Shown one piece after another: positions 36,754 to 45,877 of a stretch of 62,278 nucleotides of DNA. The notes below the pieces were generated by a model. That model made no database searches. It saw nothing but the letters and a program-made list of their open reading frames with translations, and had not been told where the DNA came from. Location of the stretch: NCBI GenBank assembly GCA_013152815.1, contig JAADFO010000060.1, positions 1-62,278 of the forward strand, in the 5' to 3' direction. Numbering within the stretch: position 1 is the first letter of the stretch; each line of letters begins with the position of its first letter. The DNA is from Nanobdellati archaeon. GTDB lineage: Archaea > Nanobdellota > Nanobdellia > Woesearchaeales > JAADFO01. Made by a program: the position numbers and the translations under genes.

Positions 36754-37299
36754 ATGAACGTCAAACACATGGAAGAGATCCTGGAGATCCCTGAGGGGAT
36801 CAAGGCAGAGATAGCCAAGAATCACGTCCAGATGACCGGCAAGCGCGGGACCGTGACCAAGGATTTCAAGGATCCCCACATCCAGCTTGCGGTATCGGAC
36901 GGCAGGATAGTCATCTCAGCAGAGAATGCGACCAAGCGGGAGAAACGGCAGCTCTTCACCATCAAGGCCCATCTGAAGAACCTCTTCAAGGGGGCTGCAG
37001 AGGGTCATGTCTACAGACTCAAGATATGCTCGGGTCACTTCCCTATGAATGTGAACTTCCAGAACAATGAGCTCGTCGTGAAGAACTATCTGGGTGAGAA
37101 GGTCCCCCGAAAGCTGCCCATCGACCCCGATGTGAAGGTGGACGTGAAAGGAGAGGTCGTCGAACTCGAAGGGGTCTCCAAAGAAAAGGTGGGAAAAGCC
37201 GCCTCTTCCATCGAGCTCCTTACCCGACGGGTGGGGTTCGACAGACGGATCTTTCAGGACGGGATCTATATCATCCATAAGGACGGGAAGGACATCTGA
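36754..37299 (+). CDS. rpl6: 50S ribosomal protein L6 (uL6)
   Basis: VQMTGKRGTVTKDF...HLKNLFKGAAEGHVYRLKI, plus synteny. Confidence 0.9.
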   Translation: MNVKHMEEILEIPEGIKAEIAKNHVQMTGKRGTVTKDFKDPHIQLAVSDGRIVISAENATKREKRQLFTIKAHLKNLFKGAAEGHVYRLKICSGHFPMNVNFQNNELVVKNYLGEKVPRKLPIDPDVKVDVKGEVVELEGVSKEKVGKAASSIELLTRRVGFDRRIFQDGIYIIHKDGKDI

Positions 37300-37351
37300 T
37301 GCGTGCGAAGGCGCACATGTCTCAGGACACAGGCTCAAAGAGGAATAAGCG

Positions 37352-38113
37352 ATGAAAGACGTCAAGCAAGGGAACGAGGAGAGACGCAGGGAGCTGCTGG
37401 ACCAGCGTGTGAAGGAGAAACGGCGCAAACCACGTTTCCTCATGCAGGATACTCACAAGAAGCCCAAACTCAAGCTCAAATGGCGCATGCCACGAGGGAT
37501 GGACTCAAAAATCCGTCTCGGACTCAAAGGATACAGAGGGAAGCCCAGCCAGGGCTATGGATCTCCTGCCGCGGTACGGCATCATTCCCGGAGCGGATTC
37601 GTCCAGAATCTGGTGGCGACCAAGAAGGCCATCGATGCGCTGGACCCTAAGACCGATGGCATCATCCTCCAACGGACCCTCTCGAAGCTTCAACGATACA
37701 ATCTTTGCCGATATTGTCAGGAATCAGGGTTCACCATCATCAATATCGATGCGGTCGCGTACATCAAGGCTTTTGAAGAAGAGCAGAAGAAAAAGAAGGA
37801 CCTCAAGCAGCAGAAAGAGGCTGAAAAGCAGAAGAAGGATGCTCTGAAGAAGGAGGCCGAGAAGAAGGTAGCAGCCGAGAAGAAGGTAGCAGCTGAGAAG
37901 AAGGAGGCCGAGAAGAAGGCAGCAGCTGAGAAGAAGGGGACTGCAACCGGTGAAGCCGCAAAGGACGCACCGCATGGACTGGCAGGGGCGAAGGCCAAGA
38001 AGGAAGAGAACGGATCCGCTTCCGAGGACACGCTTTCCCAGATGAAGAAGGAGAAGAAGGAGAAGAAGGAGAAGAAGGAGATGGACAAGTTCCTCATAAA
38101 GAAAGGACAGTGA
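37352..38113 (+). CDS. rpl32e: 50S ribosomal protein L32e with K/E/A repeat C-terminal extension
   Basis: KPRFLMQDTHKKPKLKLKWRMPRGMDSK core. Tail EKKVAAEKKVAAEKKEAEKKAAAEKK and KKEKKEKKEKKE, from tandem DNA repeats. Confidence 0.9.
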   Translation: MKDVKQGNEERRRELLDQRVKEKRRKPRFLMQDTHKKPKLKLKWRMPRGMDSKIRLGLKGYRGKPSQGYGSPAAVRHHSRSGFVQNLVATKKAIDALDPKTDGIILQRTLSKLQRYNLCRYCQESGFTIINIDAVAYIKAFEEEQKKKKDLKQQKEAEKQKKDALKKEAEKKVAAEKKVAAEKKEAEKKAAAEKKGTATGEAAKDAPHGLAGAKAKKEENGSASEDTLSQMKKEKKEKKEKKEMDKFLIKKGQ

Positions 38114-38185
38114 AGCCTGCATCTCCATGCACATGATAATTAATGTATATAGAACAAGTAGAACAAGACGACAAGGACGATCACC

Positions 38186-38617
38186 ATGAAACTCTCACTC
38201 CAGAAACGGCTGGCTTCACATCTCCTGAAAGCTTCGAAGAAACGGGTCCGTTTCGACAAGGACTCGGTGGATGATATCAAAGAGGCCATCACCAAGGCAG
38301 ACATACGGGGGCTCATCAATGATAGGGTCATCATCAAGGTCCAGCCCAAAGGGGTCGCCAGGCATCAGGAGAAGAGGAAAGGAAAAGGCGCAGGCTCCCG
38401 CAAAGGGAAGGTAAATGCCCGGCTTTCCAAGAAACGGGTCTGGATCAATACGGTCAGGAAACAGCGGCTCTTCCTGAAGGAGCTCAAAGATAAGGGCCAT
38501 ATCGCTGCGAAGGATTATCGTGACCTCTATATGAAATCCAAAGGTGGATTCTTCAGGAGCAAACGTCACATCAAGATCTATTGTGAGGACAACGAGCTGT
38601 TCATCAAGAAGAAATAA
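38186..38617 (+). CDS. rpl19e: 50S ribosomal protein L19e
   Basis: LSLQKRLASHLLKASKKRVRFD... Confidence 0.9.
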   Translation: MKLSLQKRLASHLLKASKKRVRFDKDSVDDIKEAITKADIRGLINDRVIIKVQPKGVARHQEKRKGKGAGSRKGKVNARLSKKRVWINTVRKQRLFLKELKDKGHIAAKDYRDLYMKSKGGFFRSKRHIKIYCEDNELFIKKK

Positions 38618-38644
38618 GGTCAAGAAGAAATAAGGACGATCATC

Positions 38645-39208
38645 ATGGCATCAAAACACAAATTCACCGTCCCTTTCCGACGGAAACGCGAAGGAAGGAC
38701 CAATTACAAGAAACGCCTGTCCATGCTCAAGTCAAGGAAGCTTCGGCTGGTCATCAGGCCGAGCATGAAGCATATGACCGTCCAGCTTGTCTCCTATGCC
38801 CCTGATGGAGATAAGGTTCTTGCGGGCGTCCATTCCTCCAGGCTCCGGAAGCTCGGATGGAAACTCTCCTGCGGAAACCTGCCTTCTGCATATCTTTCCG
38901 GCTATCTGCTGGGAAAGCAGGCCATGAAGCAGAATCCGGGCCAGGTCATCGTTGATACCGGTCTGTTGCCCATCGTCAGGGCTTCCCGCCTCTTCGCTGT
39001 CGCCAAGGGCGTCAAGGACGCTGGCATCGACATCTTCGTCGATGAATCCATGCTGCCTCCGGACGACCGTCTGCAGGGCGCCCATATCGCTGCTTATCTC
39101 AAGCAGGGAGGCGAAGGCCACCAATTTTCAGGATACAAAAAAAAGCAGATCTCCACAGACATCCCCGCCCTGGTCGGAGAGATAAAGAAGAAGATAGATG
39201 CGCTCTAG
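38645..39208 (+). CDS. rpl18: 50S ribosomal protein L18 (uL18)
   Basis: FRRKREGRTNYKKRLSMLKSRKLRLVIRPS. Confidence 0.9.
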   Translation: MASKHKFTVPFRRKREGRTNYKKRLSMLKSRKLRLVIRPSMKHMTVQLVSYAPDGDKVLAGVHSSRLRKLGWKLSCGNLPSAYLSGYLLGKQAMKQNPGQVIVDTGLLPIVRASRLFAVAKGVKDAGIDIFVDESMLPPDDRLQGAHIAAYLKQGGEGHQFSGYKKKQISTDIPALVGEIKKKIDAL

Positions 39209-39222
39209 CCCGTACCCACAGC

Positions 39223-40356
39223 ATGATCAGCATTATCGTTACAGGTGTCAAAATGGTTGATGAAGAAGGAAAAAAAATGGATCCAGCAAAGGACAAGAAG
39301 GACGCTCCGCAAGGGGCGCCCCAGAAGAGACCGGCGAAGACCTCCAAGGGACCAGAGAAGAAACCAGAGGCTTCAACGGAAAAGGACAAGAAGGTCGCAT
39401 CTACTGCTTCATCGACAGCACCTGCCCGGAACACGACTTCCCCTTCGGCCAGGACTTCACCATCGTCGGCGACGAATAGGCCAGGCACCTACCGTGGTTC
39501 GCGTGGAAGCTCCAGAAATGACAGGAATTCCCGCGGCGGCAGAAATTCCAGGAAATCTAGCAGAGGAAGGAGAAATACCCGGCCGAGAGACCTGGCCAGC
39601 GAGGAAGAGCATCTGGCAGCATGGAAACCCGTGACCGGTCTCGGTAAACAGGTCAAAGAGGGAAAGATAACCGATATTGATGTCATCCTCAATTCAGGTC
39701 AGCCCATACTCGAGCCGGAGATCGTGGATACCTTGCTTCCTGGCATGGAGATCGAACTTCTTCTGGTCGGGCAATCGAAAGGAAAATTCGGCGGAGGCCA
39801 GCGACGGATCTTTCGCCAGACGCAGAAGAAGACCAGGGAAGGCAACAAGCCCCAGTTCCTCACCTATGCTGTCATCGGTAACAAGAACGGCTATGTAGGT
39901 GTCGGCTATGGGAAAAGCAAGGAGACCGTCCCTGCGCGGGAGAAAGCCATCCGTCGTGCAAAGCTCGAGATCATAAAGATACGCAGAGGAACAGGATCCT
40001 GGGAGGACAATTCAAAGGAACCCCATTCTCTGCCTTTCAGCGTCACCGGAAAATGCGGCTCTTCTGAGATGACCCTCATGCCTGCACCGAAAGGGAAAGG
40101 TCTTGTCATCGAGTCGGAATGCGCCAAGATCGTCGCTTTGGCAGGCATCAAGAATGTCTGGTCGAAGACCCGGGGGCAGACAAAGACGAAGATAAATCTC
40201 CTCAATGCAACCTTCGAGGCGTTGAAGAAGCTCTCTAGGATCAAGGTGCCTCATCATTCGATGGCACAGCTGAACATCGTCGAGGGAAAAGTGGAGGCCG
40301 CTGCTGCAGAGCCAGAGGAAGCGGTCGTTGAGGTCGTTGAACAGGAGAAGGCCTGA
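39223..40356 (+). CDS. rps5: 30S ribosomal protein S5 (uS5) with about 130-aa basic/S/R-rich N-terminal extension
   Basis: Core FLTYAVIGNKNGYVGVGYGKSKETVPAREKAIRRAK. The start is uncertain (ATG 39223 or 39253). Confidence 0.85.
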   Translation: MISIIVTGVKMVDEEGKKMDPAKDKKDAPQGAPQKRPAKTSKGPEKKPEASTEKDKKVASTASSTAPARNTTSPSARTSPSSATNRPGTYRGSRGSSRNDRNSRGGRNSRKSSRGRRNTRPRDLASEEEHLAAWKPVTGLGKQVKEGKITDIDVILNSGQPILEPEIVDTLLPGMEIELLLVGQSKGKFGGGQRRIFRQTQKKTREGNKPQFLTYAVIGNKNGYVGVGYGKSKETVPAREKAIRRAKLEIIKIRRGTGSWEDNSKEPHSLPFSVTGKCGSSEMTLMPAPKGKGLVIESECAKIVALAGIKNVWSKTRGQTKTKINLLNATFEALKKLSRIKVPHHSMAQLNIVEGKVEAAAAEPEEAVVEVVEQEKA

Positions 40357-40432
40357 TCAGGTCCATCAGGTTCACGAGAATAGGCACAGGGATCCGGACA
40401 CATTAAATTAAATGCTCACCATGGGATGATCG

Positions 40433-41029
40433 ATGATGACTGAAGAACAACCGGCCGAGAACAGCAATCTGACCAAGATTCCTGTCCAGAAGAAAGAGAC
40501 AGGAGGTCAGCAAGAGCAGGCCCAAAAACCTGCGGCAGCGTCTTCACAGGCGTCTGCCATGCCTGCCACTGCCAAGAAGACATCGAAGAGCCCGGCCGAG
40601 AGCGGCTGGGTGGCTGCCATACGTCTTCGGGGCGATGTGAACATCCATTATGATATCAAGAGGACCCTTGAACTCCTCAGGCTCCAACGGAAACATGTCT
40701 GTGTGGTCTACCAAAACTCTGTATCGCTGCAGGGGATGTTGAGGAAAGTCAAGGATTATGTCACTTTCGGCACCATCGATGAAGCAACTCTCAAAGAGCT
40801 GGTCGCCAAACGAGGTTCTCTCTTCACTGACCGGGAGCAGGACAGCAAGGGCAAGATAACCTATAACAAGTTCATCGTCATCGACGGTAAGAAGGTCCGG
40901 CCTTATTTTCGGCTCAATCCTCCCCGGGGCGGTTTCGAGACCAAGGGCATCAAGAAGCCTTATACCGTCGGTGGCGCGTTGGGCAAGCGGAAAGACGGCG
41001 TAGACCTGCTCGTCAGGAAGATGCTCTGA
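40433..41029 (+). CDS. rpl30: 50S ribosomal protein L30 (uL30) with Q/A/S-rich N-terminal extension
   Basis: IRLRGDVNIHYDIKRTLELLRLQRKH core. Confidence 0.85.
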   Translation: MMTEEQPAENSNLTKIPVQKKETGGQQEQAQKPAAASSQASAMPATAKKTSKSPAESGWVAAIRLRGDVNIHYDIKRTLELLRLQRKHVCVVYQNSVSLQGMLRKVKDYVTFGTIDEATLKELVAKRGSLFTDREQDSKGKITYNKFIVIDGKKVRPYFRLNPPRGGFETKGIKKPYTVGGALGKRKDGVDLLVRKML

Positions 41030-41096
41030 TGGCCCCGACCAAAGGACAGACAAAAGGACAGACACATTCGGATCACACATACAAAGGTCAATAACC

Positions 41097-41654
41097 ATGA
41101 CAGCAAAACGAGAGAAGAAGACCAAGAAGATGCGAGGAACCATGAGCCATGGCTATGGCCATAAGAAGAAACACCGGGGTGCCGGAAGCCGGGGCGGCCG
41201 TGGAATGGCCGGGACCGGAAAACGGGCAGACGTGAAGAAGCCGAGCATCAACCCAAAGACCTATTTCGGCAAGAGGGGGTTCACCAGCAAGAAATTCAAG
41301 CATCCTGTCCGTGCCATCACCATCTTCACCGTCCTCCAGAAGCTCCATCAGTGGGCATCTCAAGGAAAGGTCCAGGAAAAGCAGGGCGTATCCATCGTGA
41401 ATCTCGAAGCGCTCGGTTTCAATCGGCTCCTCGCCAAGGGCAAGGTGACCCGGAAACTGCATATCACAGTCTCTTCTGCGACTCCTGGAGCGATAGAAAG
41501 GGTGAATGCAGCGGGCGGCGAGATCACCGGCCTCCGCGAGGTCGCTGCAGATTCTCCTGCAGAAGACACCGTCCCTTCGGCAGAACAAGCGCCCATAAAG
41601 AGACCAGAGAACAGAGCGTCCGCTGTTCCTGCCAAAAAACCCAAGGTTCCTTAG
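41097..41654 (+). CDS. rpl15: 50S ribosomal protein L15 (uL15)
   Basis: RGTMSHGYGHKKKHRGAGSRGGRGMAGTGKR. Confidence 0.9.
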   Translation: MTAKREKKTKKMRGTMSHGYGHKKKHRGAGSRGGRGMAGTGKRADVKKPSINPKTYFGKRGFTSKKFKHPVRAITIFTVLQKLHQWASQGKVQEKQGVSIVNLEALGFNRLLAKGKVTRKLHITVSSATPGAIERVNAAGGEITGLREVAADSPAEDTVPSAEQAPIKRPENRASAVPAKKPKVP

Positions 41655-41670
41655 CTAACGTAGCGAACGA

Positions 41671-43029
41671 ATGAAAATGGCCTTTTTTGACACCATCCTC
41701 AATAACCTTCCTGAGGTTTCCAAGCCGACCCAGAAACGTCTCTCTTTCAACGAGAAGCTAAAATGGACCGGTGTCATCCTCATGGCCTTCTTTGTGCTCG
41801 GGCTGATACCGCTCTTCCCTCTTGGCCAGAACCAGCTTGAACAGTTCGAGATCCTTGCCATCATCCTGGGTGCATCTTTCGGTTCCATCATCTCGTTGGG
41901 AATCGGTCCTCTGGTGACCTCTTCCATCGTGCTTCAGCTCCTCAATGGGGCTGGCATCGTCAAGTTCGACCTGAACTCCCACGAAGGAAAGAAAAGGTTC
42001 CAGGGCGTCCAGAAGATGCTTTCCATCCTCTTCATCCTTTTCGAGGCCCTCATCTACGTCTTCATGGGCGGGCTTGCACCGCCAGAGATCTATATCGGGA
42101 CCTCGCTCTATTTCCAGCTTGAACTGCTTCTGGTCGTCGAACTCTTCTTAGGTGGCGTGCTCATCATGTTCATGGATGAGATCGTCTCCAAATGGGGGTT
42201 CGGTTCAGGAATATCCCTCTTCATCGCAGCAGGTGTATCTCAGCAGATCTTCATCAGGGCTTTGAACTTCCTTCCGTCTCCCACCAATCCCGAGATGCCG
42301 GCGGGTGCGATTCCAGCGCTTTTCGTCTCCCTGTCCAACGGCGACCCGGTGACCGCGGTCCTCATGTTCTCGGGGGTGGTCGCGACCATCCTGGTGTTCC
42401 TGATGTCGGTCTATTCTCAGGCCATGAAGATCGAGATCCCTCTCAGTTTTGGCCGTATCAGAGGGTATGGTATGCGTTGGCCGCTGAACTTCCTCTATAC
42501 CTCGAACATCCCTGTCATCCTGACGGCCGCTCTCCTCGCGAACCTTCAGCTCTGGAGCAATCTCTTCTCTTCAGGAGGCGCCCAGTCATTCCAGGCCTGG
42601 ATCAGTCCGCCTAATCTCATGGAACGGGTCCTGACCTCTTCGCTTACCAGTTTCGACCTGCTCAGGGGATCGGTCTATGCTCTTATCATGATCGTCGGAA
42701 GCATGATCTTCTCCTGGTTCTGGATGCAGACAGCAGGCATGGATGCCAAGAGCCAGGCAAAGAACATCATGGCCTCAGGACTGCAGATACCCGGCTTCCG
42801 GAAGGATATCAGGATACTGGAACGGCTTCTGGACCGCTATATCAAGCCTCTTACCATCATGGGCGGTATTGCCATCGGGTTTCTGGCCGCCATCGCAAAT
42901 CTTACAGGTGCACTGGGTAACGGGACAGGAATACTCCTGACGGTCATGATAATCTACCAGCTCTATGAGAGCATCGCCAAGGAGCACATGGCTGATATGA
43001 ACCCTGCGCTACGGAAGTTCATGGTCTAG
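41671..43029 (+). CDS. secY: preprotein translocase subunit SecY
   Basis: 452-aa polytopic protein at the conserved position after L15, containing GIGPLVTSSIVLQLL and FMDEIVSKWGFGSGISLFI. Confidence 0.95.
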   Translation: MKMAFFDTILNNLPEVSKPTQKRLSFNEKLKWTGVILMAFFVLGLIPLFPLGQNQLEQFEILAIILGASFGSIISLGIGPLVTSSIVLQLLNGAGIVKFDLNSHEGKKRFQGVQKMLSILFILFEALIYVFMGGLAPPEIYIGTSLYFQLELLLVVELFLGGVLIMFMDEIVSKWGFGSGISLFIAAGVSQQIFIRALNFLPSPTNPEMPAGAIPALFVSLSNGDPVTAVLMFSGVVATILVFLMSVYSQAMKIEIPLSFGRIRGYGMRWPLNFLYTSNIPVILTAALLANLQLWSNLFSSGGAQSFQAWISPPNLMERVLTSSLTSFDLLRGSVYALIMIVGSMIFSWFWMQTAGMDAKSQAKNIMASGLQIPGFRKDIRILERLLDRYIKPLTIMGGIAIGFLAAIANLTGALGNGTGILLTVMIIYQLYESIAKEHMADMNPALRKFMV

Positions 43030-43065
43030 CAGGGCTAGAGACAAGACAAGCGGGGCAGAACGAAC

Positions 43066-43884
43066 ATGGGACTCTTCAATTTTTTGGATCCGATACTCAA
43101 TTTCCTGTTCGACCCACTTCTCAGTCTCGGCTATCTTGCAGGCCTGCTCCTCATAACGTTCATCATCTCTGTGGCCATCGTCTTGATCTACAAGTATGCC
43201 ACCGATCAGCGGCGCATGAAGGAGCTCAAGGCGACCATCAAACAGCATCAGGAAAAGCTCAAGGCGCTGAAGGACTCTCCTGGCAAGATGATGGCTGAAC
43301 AGAAGAAGATGATGTCGGTGAACATGGAACTGATGAAGCATTCCATGAAGCCGACGCTCTATACGTTCATCCCCATCATCATCATCTTCGGTTGGCTGGC
43401 CACCCATTTCGCGTTCATGCCGCTGCTTCCGGGCGCACAGTTCAATGTGACTGCGACGTTTGAAGAAGGATTCTCCGGGGACGTGGACCTCCTGGTGCAG
43501 GATGGTCTCCTGTTGGTGAGCCCTTCTTCCCAGCCCATCACCGACGGGAAGGTCGTCTGGACAGTGGAAGCCCAGAAGGAGGGGGTCTTCTCGGTCTTCC
43601 TCGAAGCCGGCGGGAACTCCATCCAGAAAGAGATCGTCGTCTCCTCATCACCTGCTTACATCACCGACACCATGCGGAGCAAGAATTTCATCGATTCCAT
43701 CTATGGCCGTTCTGAAGGCTTCCTTCCCAAAGGTTCGCCGGTCCAGCTCATCCAGGTGAGCTATGAGCCGGTGAGGCCGCTTCCGTTCAGGATCTTCGGT
43801 TGGCAGCCCGGTTGGTTGGGGACCTACATCATCTTCTCCCTGCTGTTCTCCATCACCCTACGGAAGCTGCTCAAGGTCAACTAG
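43066..43884 (+). CDS. DUF106 / EMC3-TMCO1-like membrane insertase (archaeal YidC/Oxa1-like) with an inserted extracytoplasmic domain
   Basis: TM1, then a K/E/M-rich coiled region (RRMKELKATIKQHQEKLKALKD...EQKKMMSVNMELMKHSMKPTLYTFIPIIIIFGWL), as in DUF106. About 130 extra residues precede the last TM LGTYIIFSLLFSITL. Confidence 0.65.
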   Translation: MGLFNFLDPILNFLFDPLLSLGYLAGLLLITFIISVAIVLIYKYATDQRRMKELKATIKQHQEKLKALKDSPGKMMAEQKKMMSVNMELMKHSMKPTLYTFIPIIIIFGWLATHFAFMPLLPGAQFNVTATFEEGFSGDVDLLVQDGLLLVSPSSQPITDGKVVWTVEAQKEGVFSVFLEAGGNSIQKEIVVSSSPAYITDTMRSKNFIDSIYGRSEGFLPKGSPVQLIQVSYEPVRPLPFRIFGWQPGWLGTYIIFSLLFSITLRKLLKVN

Positions 43885-43911
43885 GGAATCTCAACCAGGG
43901 AATCCTGTCTC

Positions 43912-43917
43912 TTTTTT
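43912..43917 (+). terminator. oligo-T (T6) terminator candidate after the ribosomal/secY/DUF106 unit
   Basis: ctcTTTTTTcag, 28 nt after the stop at 43884. Archaeal terminators are typically T-runs. Confidence 0.4.
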
Positions 43918-43994
43918 CAGGGGGCAGATCGGTCCGGGAGGATGTCCTGGGAAACTAGACGACGAGAAAGAGCGCTCAATGGCTTTCTGATGTT

Positions 43995-44831
43995 TCAATA
44001 GACAATCTTTATTCCCACATAGCCGATGTTCCGTCGCTTCATCTGGGCCCTCAGGTCCCTGATGATCCTGCTTATCTGTCTTCTCCTGTTCTTCCTGATC
44101 CGTATGGTGGTGTTGAGCACGACCTCGTCATCGTAGACCCTCCAGGCCTCAAGCTTTTCCACGTAGACCACCTGCTTGTTCTTGTGGATGATCTTCCGTA
44201 TCTGGTCGAGGTCGATGCCTGCCATCCCGCTATGGAGAAGCATGACGACCGTGCTGCGGCCGATCCTGAGGGCTACGGCCATGAGGATGATGCTGACGAG
44301 GAATGCTCCGATGACATCGAAGAGCGGATCGTTCGAGGCCAGGGTCAATATGGCCGAGATGAAGACGATGAACGAGGAGACAAGATTGCCGGTGAGATGG
44401 CTGCTGATCTTCTTCAGGTCCCTGTGCCGATGGGTCCGGAAGAGTCCCAGGAGGAACCAGTTGATGATGAGGGCGAAGAGCGAGATGATGACCACGGTCC
44501 CTGCGTCGACGTGGGAAGGATAGATCATTCCCTTTGTTGCCTGGAAGATGAGCATCAGGGAGAGCAGCAGCAGGATGAGCGTGTTGAACGCCATGAGCAC
44601 CACATCCTTCTTCCGCAGGCAGAGGGTCAGCCGGTCCGGTTCTTCACCCCTGCTTATGGTGAATGCTGTCCAGGCGAGCATCATGGCGAAGATATTGGCA
44701 TAGACATGGACGCCGGCGGCAAGGATGGCTGTGCTGTTGGTGAAGACTGCGGTGATTATCTCGCTGAGGAAGAGCGAAGCATCGAGGATGATCACCACTC
44801 GCAGGTTCTTGCGTAACGCCTCGGTGTCCAT
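43995..44831 (-). CDS. cation diffusion facilitator (CDF) family transporter, atypical metal-site residues
   Basis: Six hydrophobic segments plus a C-terminal cytoplasmic domain. TM2 STAILAAGVHVYAN and TM5 SHLTGNLVSS align by eye to the CDF motifs SLALLADAGHMLTD and HVLGDLLGS. Confidence 0.7.
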   Translation of the reverse strand: MDTEALRKNLRVVIILDASLFLSEIITAVFTNSTAILAAGVHVYANIFAMMLAWTAFTISRGEEPDRLTLCLRKKDVVLMAFNTLILLLLSLMLIFQATKGMIYPSHVDAGTVVIISLFALIINWFLLGLFRTHRHRDLKKISSHLTGNLVSSFIVFISAILTLASNDPLFDVIGAFLVSIILMAVALRIGRSTVVMLLHSGMAGIDLDQIRKIIHKNKQVVYVEKLEAWRVYDDEVVLNTTIRIRKNRRRQISRIIRDLRAQMKRRNIGYVGIKIVY

Positions 44832-44871
44832 GGTCCTTGAGTGTGCTCTTCCTTTAAAAAACTATTCCTGC

Positions 44872-44913
44872 CTGTTTTTTAAGCCTCTGTTTTAAGCCTC
44901 TGTTTTTTAAGCC
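44872..44913. repeat. about 13-15-nt tandem repeat x3 (aagcctctgtttt[tt])
   Basis: ctgttttttaagcctctgttttaagcctctgttttttaagcc, in the divergent intergenic region between the CDF gene and transketolase. Confidence 0.8.
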
Positions 44914-45016
44914 ATCTTCTCCCCTTTGTCAGGTCTCTGCCATCCGAGAAGGGCTTTTTCTTTTCATAAAGCTTTTAAAGACCCGGATTTTCTGCAGTAT
45001 ACTTGAGGAAAAGACG

Positions 45017-45877
45017 ATGAATAAGGTCAACAATATCTCCGGGGTCGTGGATCTCAAGCTCATGGCCAACACCCTTCGACAGGACATTCTCAAGGCACTC
45101 CACGAAGCTGGTTCTGGCCATGCTGCGGGTGCTCTTGGCATGGCTGACATCTTCACCGCCCTCTACTTCAACATCGCCAATATAGATCCAGGGGATGTTT
45201 CCTGGTCAGGACGTGACCGGATCGTGCTCTCCAATGGCCACATCTGTCCGGTGCTCTATGCAGCCATGGCACATGCCGGTTATTTCCCTGTGAAAGAGCT
45301 GATGACCCTCCGCAAGTTCGGCGGCAGGCTCCATGGTCATCCCCACAACGAAGCCCTGCCCGGTCTTGAGAACTCTTCTGGCCCTCTGGGTCAGGGAATC
45401 TCCATCGCAGCGGGTATGGCCTTGGCGGCGAAGATGAAGAGCCAGGAGCATACGGTCTATTGTCTCATGGGCGACGGTGAGATCAATGAAGGGCAGCCCT
45501 GGGAAGCGTTCATGTTCTCTGCTGCGAAGAAGCTCGACAATCTCATCGTCATCATCGACCGTAACTACATCCAGATCGACGGAAACACCGAAGAGGTGAT
45601 GCCCCTCGATCCTCTGGACAAGAAGTTCGAGGCTTTCAACTTCCATGTCATCGAGATCGATGGCAATGACATGGCTGCGGTCCTTTCCGCTCTGGCAGAT
45701 GCCAAGAAAGTGACCGGAAAGCCGGTCTGCATCATCGCGAACACCGTTCCAGGGAAAGGGGTCTCTTTCATGGAGCGGAAGCATGAGTGGCATGGCAAGG
45801 TCCCCGATGCAGGACAACTCGAGAAGGCGCTTGAAGAGCTCGATGAGGAAAGGGCGGGACTGGAGGGATCAGCATGA
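45017..45877 (+). CDS. transketolase, N-terminal (TPP-binding) subunit
   Basis: GSGHAAGALGMADIFTALYF...GHPH...GPLGQGISIAAGMA...GDGEINEGQPWEA. Confidence 0.9.
   Translation: MNKVNNISGVVDLKLMANTLRQDILKALHEAGSGHAAGALGMADIFTALYFNIANIDPGDVSWSGRDRIVLSNGHICPVLYAAMAHAGYFPVKELMTLRKFGGRLHGHPHNEALPGLENSSGPLGQGISIAAGMALAAKMKSQEHTVYCLMGDGEINEGQPWEAFMFSAAKKLDNLIVIIDRNYIQIDGNTEEVMPLDPLDKKFEAFNFHVIEIDGNDMAAVLSALADAKKVTGKPVCIIANTVPGKGVSFMERKHEWHGKVPDAGQLEKALEELDEERAGLEGSA

Noticed and set aside
44184-44816. 210-aa + ORF rich in D/E/H
   Set aside because: It is antisense to the CDF transporter.
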